A DNA stretch of 64,000 nt, taken from NCBI GenBank assembly GCA_037447605.1, contig CM074813.1:930001-994000 (forward strand), in the 5' to 3' direction. The position numbers and the translations under genes are program-made. Positions 15,780-28,514 of this stretch are shown here, one piece after another (the first letter of the stretch is position 1; each line of letters starts with the position of its first letter). Under the pieces are notes generated by a model. The model did no database searches. It saw only the letters and a list, made by a program, of their open reading frames with translations, and had not been told where the DNA came from. Source of the stretch: Zygnema circumcarinatum SAG 698-1b. Lineage: Eukaryota; Plantae; Zygnematophyceae.

Positions 15780-18582
15780 TAGACTCTGCCTCTGTCCAAT
15801 AGACCCTTTGGTCAAACTCTTTTTCAGCCCTCTCGCCTTCTTCCCCCCACATTTTCTCCTTTCTCCCTGTCTCTCCCTCCCTATTTCCTCACTTTCCTCC
15901 TATACTCTCTCCGCACTTGGCATTTTTGCTTTCTGTCTCCTCTGTGTTCAACCCATTAGGAAGCTTTGGAAATTGTAATAAAAAAAACGCCCCTATCAGT
16001 TGACGAGGAGCGTAAGCTCTTCAAGCTGCTCGCAAGAGTAATGGGTCGTCTCAGAAAACTTCGGACCACATTTGTTATTTCTTCAATTGACCCTTCAAAG
16101 AACGAAAGACTAGGACTACAGAAGTAATTCCGCACTTTCATTACGTAGAGACAGTCAGTATATATCTCTGTATTTTATCTACAGCAAAGACGACAAAAAA
16201 AAAACATATAGAAACAATTGAAGGGATGTAGTAGCTGGAGGGTTCATATCTCAGGTCTTCTGCTTGAAAGCTTCCATTTTTTCTCCCTCCTCCTCCACTC
16301 CCTCTCTCACCCTCTTCTTTATTCGCTCTCCCACTGTTGTCTCTCCATACTCTCTTTTTCCTTTACATCCTTCCAGGCTCCTCCATCCTTCTCTCCCTCG
16401 TCCTCCTTGTCCCCCTCTCTTATCTCTGTCTTTCCGACCATACCTCCCTCTCTCTATTTCCTTCTACTCCCTCCACTCTCTCTCCCCCTCTCTCCCTCCC
16501 CCTCTCTTACTGAAGAAAAAGCGGATAGGGAGGGGAGACAGAATAGAAAAGACGATGGAAAGGCGGAGTGGGAGAAAGGGGGTAGATTGAAGGCAGGAGA
16601 GGGCCGATTCAAAGGATATTGATGGGAGAGAGTTGGTGAAGGAGAAGTAAAAGAGGAGGGCGAGAGAAGACGATGCATGTTTCAAGTGGGAGGAAAAGGA
16701 GAAGCGAGGAGAGGGAGAGATAGCAGGAGGGAGAGGCAAAAGGGGGGGACGAAGAAATGAGAGGAAGTTCAAAGGGTGAAGGAAGGACGAACGAAGTGAG
16801 TGGGGGGAGGAAGGAGAGGACGAAAGGGAATGAGAGAGAGGAGAAGGGAGAGGGAAGGCAGGAGAGGGAGAGGGGAGAAAAGAGGAGGTGACGGAGAGGA
16901 CTGAGGATTAACGCATTTCGTTGAATGTGCTTGAATGATGCTTTGCTTTACTCTAAGCTGCCTGACTGACTGACTGACTGATGAAGAGAACAGTCCCCTC
17001 TTTCTCCCATTGTCTCTCCCTCCACCCTCCCTCAACCCTTTGCCTCTCTCTCCCCTCCCCTCCGCGCACACTCACTCACTCACTCGGTGACTCACTCTTT
17101 CATTGTCTAACAAATAGAGCCATTTGCCCCTCTCAGACGCGTATTGCTCCCTCTCCCCTGCATTTTCTTATCCACTTCCATACCCCTTTCCATCCTTCCT
17201 GTTGTCCCCTTCCCACTCTCACCTTCTCCCTTTCCCTTTCCCTCTCCCTCTCCCTCTCCCTCTCCCTCTCCCTCTCCTCTCCCTCTCCTCTCCCTCTCCC
17301 TCTCCCTCTCCCTCTCCCTCTCCCTCTCCCTCTCCCTCCCTCTCCCTCTCCCTCTCCCTCTCCCTCTCCCTCTCCCTCTCCCTCCTCCCTCTCCCTCCCT
17401 CTCCCTCTCCCTCTCACTCTCCCTCTCCCTCTCCCTCCTGCAGAGCGATCCTTCTGCCTGAAGCCAGTAAACTGCTCGTATCTCCACCCTCGCGGAGCCG
17501 CCGACTACTCCTCCTCCTCCTCCTCCGCAAGCAGTGACTGGATATGCCGCCACGTGTCCCTCGCCGCCCTGCAGAGCCCCCCCCGCTCCCTGCGAGCAGC
17601 GGACGCGCCCAAACACAACTACAACCGCCTCGAGGACCTCCTCCCGAGGGTGGCGGACGAGCGCAAGATCGTGACCCTTGTCGCGGTGTCGAGTCTGTAC
17701 AAGGACATGCTCATGAGCTTCATCTGCATGTTGAGGAGGTTGGATTTGCCCAACCCCTTGGTGGCGGCCCTAGACTCGGAGCTTTACGATTTCGGGGTAG
17801 AACAAGGGTTGGCGGTGTTCTTCGACAAGTCGGCGCAGGAGATTCATTTGGCGAGCACGAGGAGCGGGGCAGCGTGCAAGTTTGGGACTCCATGCTTCAA
17901 AGAGATCACGAAACTGAAGTCGAGAACGGTGTTACATGTGCTGCAGTTGGGCTACAGTGTTCTATGGTCGGACGTGGACATTGTCTGGTTCCGTGACCCC
18001 TTACCGGAGCTTGTCGCCTACGAACCGGGGGTGTTCCCTGTACAGAGCGACCAGCCGCTCCGTAAGATGAAACCAAACGGCGCCAATGGAACCTCGATTC
18101 TTGGAGGAGCGATCAATTCTGGATTCTACTTTGCTCGGTCGGAAAGAAAAGTCATTGAAGCCTTTGAAGCAATTGTCGCCGATGCGAAGACGACGAACAC
18201 GTCGGAGCAGCCGAGTTTCTACCGCGTGCTGTGCGGGGAGGGAGGGGAGTACGCGAGGGGCATCGAGGAGTGCGTGTGGCCGCAGAACGGGCTGCGGACG
18301 GTGTTCGTCCCGCGGTACCTGCACCCGAACGGGAAGGTATACTTTTACTGGTACGCGCAGCAGACGGCCTTCGCGTGCGTGTCGAAGGGGTGCGCGACGC
18401 TGCACAACAACTGGATCAAGGGGAAGCAGAGCAAGATCAACCGGTTCAAGGCGAAGGGCCTCTGGTACTACGACGCGCGCAACCGCCTCTGCGTGCACAC
18501 GTGGTACCGCAACACGCGGGGCCTCCCGCAGGTCGCGCGGGAGGAGGAGCAGGCGGAGAGTCAGGACCCGGTCGCGCAGTAG
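13338..18582 (+). CDS. RAY1: Beta-arabinofuranosyltransferase RAY1-like (GT77 nucleotide-diphospho-sugar transferase); 3 exons, start codon uncertain (13338 or 13380)
   Basis: Exons ~13338-14012, 14933-15698, 17444-18582, phase-consistent. Motifs FTAPRPF, SWLRL, WNNSPIPLH..MPPFAYQRGKHDSW, KLKSRTVLHVLQLGYSVLWSDVDIVW (DxD), INSGFYF, SEQPSF, HNNW. Confidence 0.88.
17240..17437 (+). repeat. (CCTCTC)n hexamer tract before RAY1 exon 3
   Basis: Tandem CCCTCT units ending at the CTGCAG acceptor. Confidence 0.93.
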
Positions 18583-19613
18583 ATTAGGGCGGGGGGGGGA
18601 GGGGGGGGGACTCGCTCTCTGCCTGTAAGATAGAGGGGGGGGGGTAGGAGAGAGATTAGGGGGGGGGGTTGGGGTTTAGGGAGGTTATGTAGGATTGGGA
18701 GTAATTGCAATGTTAGGTCATTCTTTCGTTTTCACTGTTGTTATTTATTTAACCCTTTTTTTTTTTATATGTCATTAAAGCGGCCTGCCTTTTGAATAGG
18801 ATTTTTTTTTTTTTTTTTTTTTGAAGTAGTTGATGGTGCTGTTCGCCTTGTCTTCGCTCCCTTGCAGTTTTTTAAAGTCGTAGAGTCGGTCTGTCTCGAA
18901 CGAGGCCATCGACGTGTTCGGGTTCTTCCCTGTGCTGACTGAGCTTTGATTATTGTCGAAATAAAAGGGTTCGCTGTCACCTTAGAAAGACTTCCATGTG
19001 CATTTTTGAGTGCGCATTCTTATTCCTACTCTTGCTGCCGTCCCTCCCATTAATAATTTTTTTTTTTTTTTTTGACCACAAACAACAATACACAAATGAA
19101 TGGGAGTCGATGAATTTTCCTCTCGGGTCGATGGAATCCATTTCGATGCAGCTGAACTTCATTCAGCGATCGCATCCAACGGCTCGGGGGGCCCCGCTCC
19201 CACCAACAGAGGGGATTCAATTCAAATCAAATTGACATTGAATTTTATTTATTTATTTATTTGATTTTTGTATGTAAGTAGGGATTCTGTCCTTCAAACA
19301 CTTCAAACTTCAGTGTACTGACGACGTCAGAAAATGTCAAGTATTTTTAAAAAGAGAAAGTGAGGTTTCCACATGAAAGCGGGCCCTAAACCTCAAACCT
19401 CTGTACAAAACCCTTCATTCCAAAAAAAAATATATATATATAAACCAAAATTCGACAACATAAAGAATAAAAATATCGAAAATGAGAAACTTGAAAACTT
19501 TAAGAAAAGAAGGAAAACAATTACAATTTTAAGAGCAATTTTTTGCAAAGTGAACGACCCCAACAGCGCTACGTTGACCAAACTAACTAACCCCGTCTTG
19601 GCCACCCCTCTGC

Positions 19614-20583
19614 TTAGCCACCGGCCAAAGGGAGCCTCCCCTCCCTCGAGGCCGCCTTGAAAACCACGAGGACCGCGCTCATGTTGTCCATCCCGAGTCC
19701 CCCGCCCTCCTTGCTCGGCGCCACACACGTGTCAAACAGAGCCTCGCAGATGGACGAGAGCGCCACGTCGGGCTGTTCCATGCGACAGATTTCAGACCTC
19801 AGTTTCCGTGCGTGGTAACTGGGTTATAGTTTGGTCTTGCAATGCAGGTGAGGGTTCAGACTCCGTTGCCCGTGGGGGGAGCGGGAGGGAGGGGGAGGGG
19901 GCGTGGGGGGAGCGGGAGGGAGAGGGAGGGAGGTAGGGGGCAGAGAAGGAGGGAGGGAGAGGGGGGGGGAGAGAGGGAGGTGGGAGGAAGGGGTAGGGGG
20001 AGGCAGTGAGGGAAGAAGGGGGGAAGAGAGAGTGGGGGAGAGGGACGAAGGGAGGGATGGATGAAGGGAGAGGGGGAAGGGAGAGAGGGTCGCAAACCTG
20101 CTGCTGAAGACGTTCGCGCACAAAGTCGACGACCTCCTGACTTGACATTACGTCCCTGAGCACAGCATGAGAAGAGGATGGACCGACCAATCAGAACTGA
20201 ACAAGTGATTGCTATGACATGATTGATCCGTAATTAGAACTAAAACAGAAAGTGAAAACTAGAACCTTCAGCATGGAACAGAGTGATTTCTGTTTGGCAG
20301 AGTTGCCACTGCCGACTCACCACACTCCGTCGCAGGCAAGAATCATGAACTCGTCTCCCGTTTGAAGACAAGCCTGAAACGGCCCTTAGAAACCAGTTTA
20401 ATACGGATAAAAAACCACATCGCAGGTTGGAAACTTTCGTCCCGTGAAAATAAAAGAATTCCTCCAGTCATGAGCTGATGGGAGAGGGTGGGAGCTTGGA
20501 AAACAGAGGCAGGCGGGGAAAGGGTCGGAAAACAGGCGGGGGGAAGTGAGAGAGGGGGCTGGGGAAAGGAAATGAGAGAGAGG

Positions 20584-20631
<48 letters not shown>

Positions 20632-21016
20632 AGACCTGGCTTATTTCCGGAAAAGCAGTGACCATCTGGCCCTTCGGGTCAAGCAGAAGATTTTGCTTGT
20701 ACTCCATATCGCCTGAGCAATGCCAAAAGTGAATGCCCAGAAAAAATCCCAAAAAGGGTGATGAATGCAAAAACGAGAACATGAAATGGACAATGAGAAG
20801 GTCTCCCTTCCAGAATTTGTTGAAGGAATCAAAACAGCGGAAACTCCGTCGAACGGAATCCGTTGAACAGGAGCACGGAACGCCTACCGATCGCCCGCGA
20901 CAGATTGAGGCAACCGTTGATTCGTCCGTCAAAAATAAACCCGCCGGCGTTCGTTATTCGCTCTCTCTCAGCCGGCAGCTCCGGCTTGTGGTCCGTGGAC
21001 ATATCAACGGCCTGCC

Positions 21017-21100
<84 letters not shown>

Positions 21101-21119
21101 AGAGAGAGAGAGAGAGAGA

Positions 21120-21166
<47 letters not shown>

Positions 21167-21202
21167 TATATTTTGCTATATATATAAGTATTGGCTAAGG
21201 CT

Positions 21203-21285
<83 letters not shown>

Positions 21286-22011
21286 TCATAAGTTAATCAA
21301 GGATGGTACGCCGACATGATCCATTGACAAAAACTGGAATGAATCCTTCCCGGAACATCTAGCACAGTCCTCCAAGAACTATAAAAGACCAAAAAGGCAG
21401 ACAGCGAGATTGGGACGGGTAGGGGAGAGGACTGGAGAAAGGGACGGTACAGAGATAAAGGAAAACGGGCGGGAAGGGGAGTGAGAGTAGAAGGGAGAGC
21501 GGAAAGGACAAAAGCGGGATACTGAGCGAGGAGACGCAAGAGAGAGAGAGAGTGAGAGAGAGAGAGTGCGGGAGAGGGAGTGGGAGCGCAAAGTGGAGAA
21601 GTCAGATTTCACCTTCCCATTTCTGGAAATCACACAGCGGGAGTCTCCCGCATTTGCAACTGCCAGCTGTCCGTTCCGCACAACAGCGACCACTGCCGTA
21701 CAGCCAGCTGTCGGGCCGTTATAGGTCTCCTTTGACTCCTCTGCCTCTGACTGCAAGTCCCAACCCCCCCCCTAGAATAACTAAAATTAGAATAGGACAA
21801 AAAAGGGGGCAAGAGACAGACCGTCTAAAACCAGAATCAAATGCCTTACCTTTACATACCCTTAAAACTTTGAGAACCCTAAAATTCTATCGATCTAACA
21901 CTATAAGACCCAGCTAATTGTGTAATCTAAATACCCGAAAATATCGAATTTATTTTTTGAGCAAATTTTCAAACCTCGTCGAGTGATTTCATCTCCTCGT
22001 CGTCCTCTTCC

Positions 22012-22043
<32 letters not shown>

Positions 22044-24204
22044 CGTTGGAACATAGTCCTCATCCTCCTCTTCATCCTCCTCCTCGTGTACCTCATTTGC
22101 ACCCTTAATTCCCACATTCTTATTCTCCTTTGTTTGCTTCTCTCCCTTCCCAGAACCGAGATTTGAACCGTTGACTTTTTCAATCTCCGAGGACCCTTCT
22201 GCCTTCTCCTTGTCCTTCAACTCCTCCCCTTCTCCGTCGCCTTTTGGCGCCGCCGGTTTAGATAATGAATTGCTCGTCAATCTCTGTGTTTCTTTTTGGG
22301 TTTCTCCTGAATTATCTTGTGAGGCAGGCTTCCTACTTTCTGTGGTTTTTACCTGGTCAGGTTTTTCTGCTCCTACAGAAATGCCATGAACGATAGAACG
22401 TAGTTCCAAGTGTCCCTCTTCTTGCTTCATCATCTCGTCCATTCTGAAGAGGGTGGGAAAAAGTGGAGAGAGAAGGAAAGTGAGAGATAGTGAGAGAGGA
22501 TGGGGGGGAGGGGGAAAGAGAGAACAGGCGGAGGCCAAAAGAAAGAGCGACCGAGAGAGAGAGAGCCTCTCAACAAATAATGCAAATGAGCTGCTAATGC
22601 CAACAAACAGCTAACTGCTTGAGATTACTGAAACGTTTCGACAACCAATATTCGCTTGGCAAACCCTCATCTTGCATGCAATCTCTGCCCTGAAAACGGA
22701 GGGGCCAAAAATGAGATTTTTAAGGACCGCACTTAAGGTAGGCGGCTGCGAGAGCCTCCGGCAGCCTCCCCTCCGCGAAGTCCTCCGATCTGAGCAGCTC
22801 CTCGTGGAGGTGGCGGGAGCAGTACTGGGCTACCTCCTTACCTGGAGAGGGACAGAGAGAGGGAGGGAGAGAGGAAGAGAGGGAGAGAGGGAGAGAGGGC
22901 GAGAGGGAGAGAGGGAGGGGGGTTGAGAGACAGTTGTGACGAATGCAGCGGACGAGATACGAAAGAGAGAGGGCGAGTTGGCCTCGAAGCACGAAGGGGA
23001 AATTTGCGCGACAGGAGGGTGGGAGGAGAAGGCGAAGGAGATGGGTAGAGAATTGGAAGGGAAGACAGTGGGAAGTGGAGAGGGGAGTGGGGTGATGAGG
23101 AGGAAGAAGCGGGAAAAGGGAGAGGGAGAGGAGGAGGGGGAGAGGTGGGAAATAGGACAGGCAAGGGGAGGGGAGGAGAGGGGGAGAAGAGAAAAGAAGA
23201 GGTTAATAGGCTTATTAGGGTTTCTAGGGTTTAAGGCTCACCACCGTGTCCGTCGTAAACCCCAAAAAAAGCAGTCTCTTGATCCAATTCCAGGATGGCA
23301 GCATGCTGATTCCATTCCGCGAGGATCAAAAGTAGACAAAGAACAAAAAAATGAAAAAAGTATCAGAAGGTTGCCAAACGAAAGCTATAAACGTAGAGGA
23401 ATGATAAACTGTTTCTGCTATGAAAACATTGACTTTTGTTTCTAATAACGCGAAAGTGCAACTAATGGAGCAAAAATGAAAGAGTCGGAGGGACATTAAG
23501 AGATGATTGAGACAGGCATATTGTTAATTCCAAATTATACTTTCTGTCCAGCCTCAAATTTTCCTGTCCTATGTCTATACCAATTCTTTTATGTAACTTG
23601 ACAATCTATTCAAACTAATCTCGAACCTTCTATTTCTACCCTTTTTTGGATGTAACGCCTCTCGGATTCAAACTCCGAATCTCTCCCCTCTCTCTCTCTT
23701 CCTCTCTCTCTCTCTCTCTCGCTGATTCCTACTCTATCCTCAGTTTCCGCCTAATTTCCTTGCCTCCCTTACTCCCTTCTACCTCTCTCCCATCCCCTCT
23801 CACCTTGCCCTCCTGTCCCCCCAGCCTATCCCGACCTCCTCTCTTCCTTTTCTCTCCTCCACTCCAATTTACCACCACTTCAGCTTCACTCCCACTCCCA
23901 TCCGTGGCTCAATTTTTCTCGTATCCATTCCTTTCCTTTCCTCTCTTCCCTCTAAGCTGTCTCCCCCTCTCTGTCCCACCCCTCCTCTCCCTCGGCCACT
24001 CCCTCTCCCTCTCACTCTCCCTCTCCCCTCCCCTCTCTCTCTCCCTCCCTCCCTACCCCCCTCCCTCCCCCCCTCCCCCTGCCCCACCGCGTCCTCCATG
24101 GACGAGCGCCAGCCCTGCATGGCGGAGGCCCCCACGCGCAGCGCCGCACTTTCCGCATCGCTGGACGTCTTCGTCACCGACGCGCTGCTCAGGTACGCGC
24201 CCAT
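19614..24204 (-). CDS. Protein phosphatase 2C, PPM1G/At4g31860-like, with MGAYLS myristoylation motif and acidic insert; 10 exons
   Basis: Exons 24204-24088, 23305-23242, 22841-22733, 22443-21975, 21750-21613, 21011-20888, 20712-20636, 20373-20321, 20155-20098, 19772-19614. PPM motifs [56 protein letters not shown]. Confidence 0.95.
21018..21282 (+). repeat. Compound microsatellite (GA)n-(GCAG)n-(GA)n-(TA)n-(GA)n in a PP2C intron
   Basis: Directly visible blocks of each motif. Confidence 0.95.
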
Positions 24205-24430
24205 CCCTCTCTGAGGGAGAGAGGGAGGGAGGGAGGGAGGGGGGGAGAGGGAGTAAAGAAGATGAGAGGGAGTAGGAGGGTGAGTGGAAGGCTAGAGAGG
24301 CAGGGAGAAAGTGGTAGAGGGGCAAAAAGAGCGAGGGAGCGAAAGCGCGGGACAAAGGGAGAAGTGAGGAGACAGGCCAGGAGAGGCAGCGGAGAGTGGT
24401 CGAGGGCAGCGAGGAGAGGGCGGGCAGGGC

Positions 24431-24484
<54 letters not shown>

Positions 24485-25322
24485 ATGGAGGGAGGGACAT
24501 GGAGGGAGAGGCGTAGGTATGACACGGGCGACAGCCGCCTCCTATTGGCCCCCCTGGAGTGTACGATCACATAACCGTACGGAATTCGTACAGTACCTGC
24601 CGAGCCGTCACCGCGTTGTTCGTACGCATTTCGTATCGTCTCTCTGTTGTTGGTACAGTTTGAGGCGCAGTGACAGTTTCCGGTCCGGTTCGGTGACCGC
24701 CCCACGTCGACCGCTTTCGGTCGTGTTCCGTGTGTCCAGTTTAGCGTGGTGAACGGCGGTGAACAGAATCGGTCAGAAAACTAATATTCCAGTATTCCCG
24801 AATTACAGTTCTATGAAGGAAATTTTGCAAAAATGTTGTTGTTAATACTTCACAGGATTGGTCCCATCATGGCCCAAATTCGTGCTTGTGACAATATCGG
24901 CATGGGGCTCAAGCTCTCACGAGAAGACAGACGACCGACGATTGTTTCCATTAACACTTCTGTACACGGCGCGGCTACAGCAGCATTGTCTTCTGCTTTA
25001 AGCACCACTCGCCACAATCCTAAAGCACTAAAGCCCTTACCAAGAAATCCCTGAACCCTAAGTCATAGTGACAGCGATAATTGCGCTTTGCATCCGTCGC
25101 TGTTGGCATAACCGGCGGTACAATCTGAGACCCAGAACTGCCCTTCACCTTTTTTATTTCTAAGCACAGACACTTCAACTTCAGCATACCATACAAGATC
25201 CTCCTGCCCTCTCTACCTTCTCCATCTCTCACATTTATCCATTCTTTCTACTCCTCCGCAACCTCCCTACTTCTGACACCCCCCCCCCCTTCTTTCCCCC
25301 TACCCCCTCTCTCCCTCAGTCT

Positions 25323-28173
25323 CTATATCTTAGAACCGCCTTCAGACGGTAGGTCCACCAACTCTCCGTCCGAAAGATCACTAGAAGCCGCTGCTCCCTT
25401 TCCTCCGCTTGCAGCAGTTCTTGTCCGACCCCCATCTTCACTGTACGGGCTATCTAAGTTCTGCAGAGAAGAGAGCGAGAGAGGAGTGTGTGAGAGAGAG
25501 CGCCTTAGTTCGGAAAGAAACAAAATATAGTGGTTTCTCTCTAGCATTTGGTTAAGCTGCCTTTCACTGCCGCCCCAAAGGCCTTGTCCATGGATTTAAA
25601 ATTGGCTTATAATGACCTTAGCTAGTAGAAATAACGATACTTTCAAATACTGGGATCAGAGACTCGCCCCAGTTTGGTTCACAAGCTGCTCAAAATCATC
25701 TGGATCGAAATCGCCTTCATCATCATCCTCTCCTGCGCCCCGCAAGCCCCAAAATTCCGTCAGAGAATTTCCGAACATGCTCTCTCTAGATATTTTGGTC
25801 CATCTCAATTCTCTGTTCCCCCTTTTCTGCTCCTCTTTGTCTCTCTCTTCTACTTCCTCGCCCGTTCGCCCTGCATCCTTCCTATCGAAGAGAACAAACA
25901 AACCTTACAGCAAGAAATTAAATAATTTTTGGTAATGCGGAAAAAAAAAAAAAGTTTTCCCGTGGTTTCCACGCGTTATTATCCACTTTTCCACCCTGTA
26001 TTCCCCTGTCCTTCCATCCATTCGCTCCTCTCTCCCTCACCTCCTACCCCTTCTTTCACACCTCCCTCCTAGTCTAGTCCTAGTCTCCCCCCTACCTCAC
26101 TTTCTTCCACCCTCTCTAAACCATCGTCATCCTCTCCCTCTATCTTCTATCCACTCAATCCTAAGGCTGTCCATCTCCCGCTCTTTCCCCCCCATCTCGC
26201 TTTCCCTCTCTCTCGCACATCAGAAAAACGGTTTCTTTGCCCCCTTGGAAAAATACAGGTTTCTTTCCTTTCCTGAAAAACAAAGTGACAGCAAGCAGCT
26301 ATTTAATTAAAACAAGAGACCAAAAAAGGTATAAGGAGAAGTCTAGGAGAGGTATTTGCATAGAAACACACCTGCAGTTTCCCCCTCCAAGGCTCCCATA
26401 AGATAGTCATCAAGGTCTTGGTCATTCGCTTTACCCTTCCCCTCCACTTTTTTGCCCTCTCCGGCAGGCATTGCTGCTACCTTCAACGGCGTGACATTTG
26501 CTTTCTTGGCCTCTGCACTCTTACTTTCCTCAAATGTTTTGGCAGACTCTGAAGCTGACGCCATTTCTATTTCTGTTTTTTGAGCGGCCTTTTCCGTTGC
26601 TTTCGCCTCATATCTGCAAGCACATCGCGACCGAGGTATGACAATGTGGGAACGGGGCAGAAAGAGGGAGGGGGGGAGCAGAAAGAGACTGAGAGGGAGA
26701 GAAGGAGAGAGTAGAACTCACGGTGCAAGATGAGAGTTAACGAGTAAGAAATAAATTTTCCAAAATTTCTTTTCCGTCATCCGTCGTGGACATAGAAGAT
26801 AGCGGAAATCAGATACTTCCTGCATCGCATTGCCAAAATAAATCAGCCCCTCCGCAGATTTTTTCAGGAAGTGAACCCAAAAACGATAATGCTCTAACAA
26901 TCGTACAACCTGAAAACCTGGAAGGCCTCAAGCGCAGTGAATGACTCATTTCGCTCTTTAAAAAGTGGAAAAAGTAACATAAGTCTTGAAATCTTACTGG
27001 AACTACTTCGAGAATAATTCGGGCGTGATGTTCCTGAAATTCAGAAAGATCCTTTGCAACAGGGCCATCACTAGGCTTAGGCTCTGCAGGAGCCTTCACG
27101 CCTGTCATATCTGCTACATCAATGATCAAAGACTTCCACAACGTTGTAAAATCATACGAATGCCGTAATTGCAAACACAATCCACAATTGCCGCATTACT
27201 CTACCTTAACCCTAAATTGTATCCTGAACCCTAACCCTAATCTCAGAACCAATTATGACGTTAGCCTTGACAATCTCAACATTACTCTCAAATTATTTTA
27301 ATTACGTAATGGTCTGTGTTACTGTAATTGTCCCTTACCTTGACAGGAACTTTGAGCTCGCAGCCACATAGCATCAGCCATCCTCCAACCCAACCACTCC
27401 CTCAATTCTGGTCTAGCTCTAACCCTGATAGTGACTCTAAGCCTCAACACAAAACTAACCTCAACCCTAACCCTAAGCTCTAGCTGCCGATTAATGGACC
27501 TATTCTTAACAGAACCCTGATGCTACCCTAAACTTAAGCCAGCTTATTACTCCGAACTGTGAACATTCAATACATAGACTAGCTCCAACACTAGCTTTAA
27601 CTTGTAACCTTATTAAAAAAAACGCTATTTCTGCAAATAAAGTACTTTAAACCGAATCGATTTCTAGCTAACCCTAGCCGAGATTTTCACTTCCAATTGA
27701 TTTAAATTTCCATTTGCATCCTTAACCCTAATATTTGCCCCTCCACATTTGCCCTCCTCAAAAAGGATACTGTTAACTTCCTCCATCGGAAACTCCTTGA
27801 AAGTTTTCAAAGTCAACCCCTTCACAAACTCCCTCAGCTCCTCCGTCACGCCATATTCCTCCAGCTCCTCCGCCTTCCTCTCTCCTCCTCTCCCTCCCGC
27901 TCCTCCCCCTCCCCCTCCCACTCCCACTCCCATCCCCATGCCCACTCCCGCAGCCTGCGCAGCCACTACCTCCCTCAGCCTCACCGCCTCCACCACAAGC
28001 TCCTTGAAGCTTCCGTCCGCCTTCTTGGCAGCTTCCTCTGCAAACTCCTTGGACCTCCGCGCAGCCTCCGCGGCGAGCTGTTCGGAGTACTTCGCGGTCT
28101 CGCGCGCGAGCTCGTGCGACCGCTTCGCGGTTTCCTCGGCGATTGCGCGCGCTTTGGCAATCCATGACTCCAT
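25323..28173 (-). CDS. BSD domain-containing protein; 6 exons
   Basis: Exons 28173-~27771, 27110-26999, 26819-26722, 26613-26372, 25732-25683, 25460-25323. Motifs YGVTEELREFVKGLT, DLSEFQEHHA, EVSDFRYLLCPRRMTEKKFWKIYF, DQDLDDYLMGAL are typical of plant BSD proteins. Confidence 0.88.
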
Positions 28174-28514
28174 GGCGCAAGGAACGATCCTCAGAAACCT
28201 AAAATGCTTCGGGGCGGAAGAGAGAGGGGAGGGAGGGGAGGAGAATGCAGAGTGGGTAGGGAGAGGGAAGGCGGAGGGGATGGGCAGGGAGAGGGGAGAG
28301 GTAGGCGGCTCCTGCGCGCGACACGTGGACCCCCTAAAGGGACTACGGTACGGGGATGATTGGCGAGCATAGAGCACGACTTAGTTCCGTAAATCGCTCA
28401 AACGCAGTTCTATGTTCGGTTCTGATGATGAAATTTGCCGTACAATGCCATCACATGTACGGAGTTTCGTACAAAGAGTAAAAACCTGCCAGCGTGTCGT
28501 TGCATTACAAAAAG

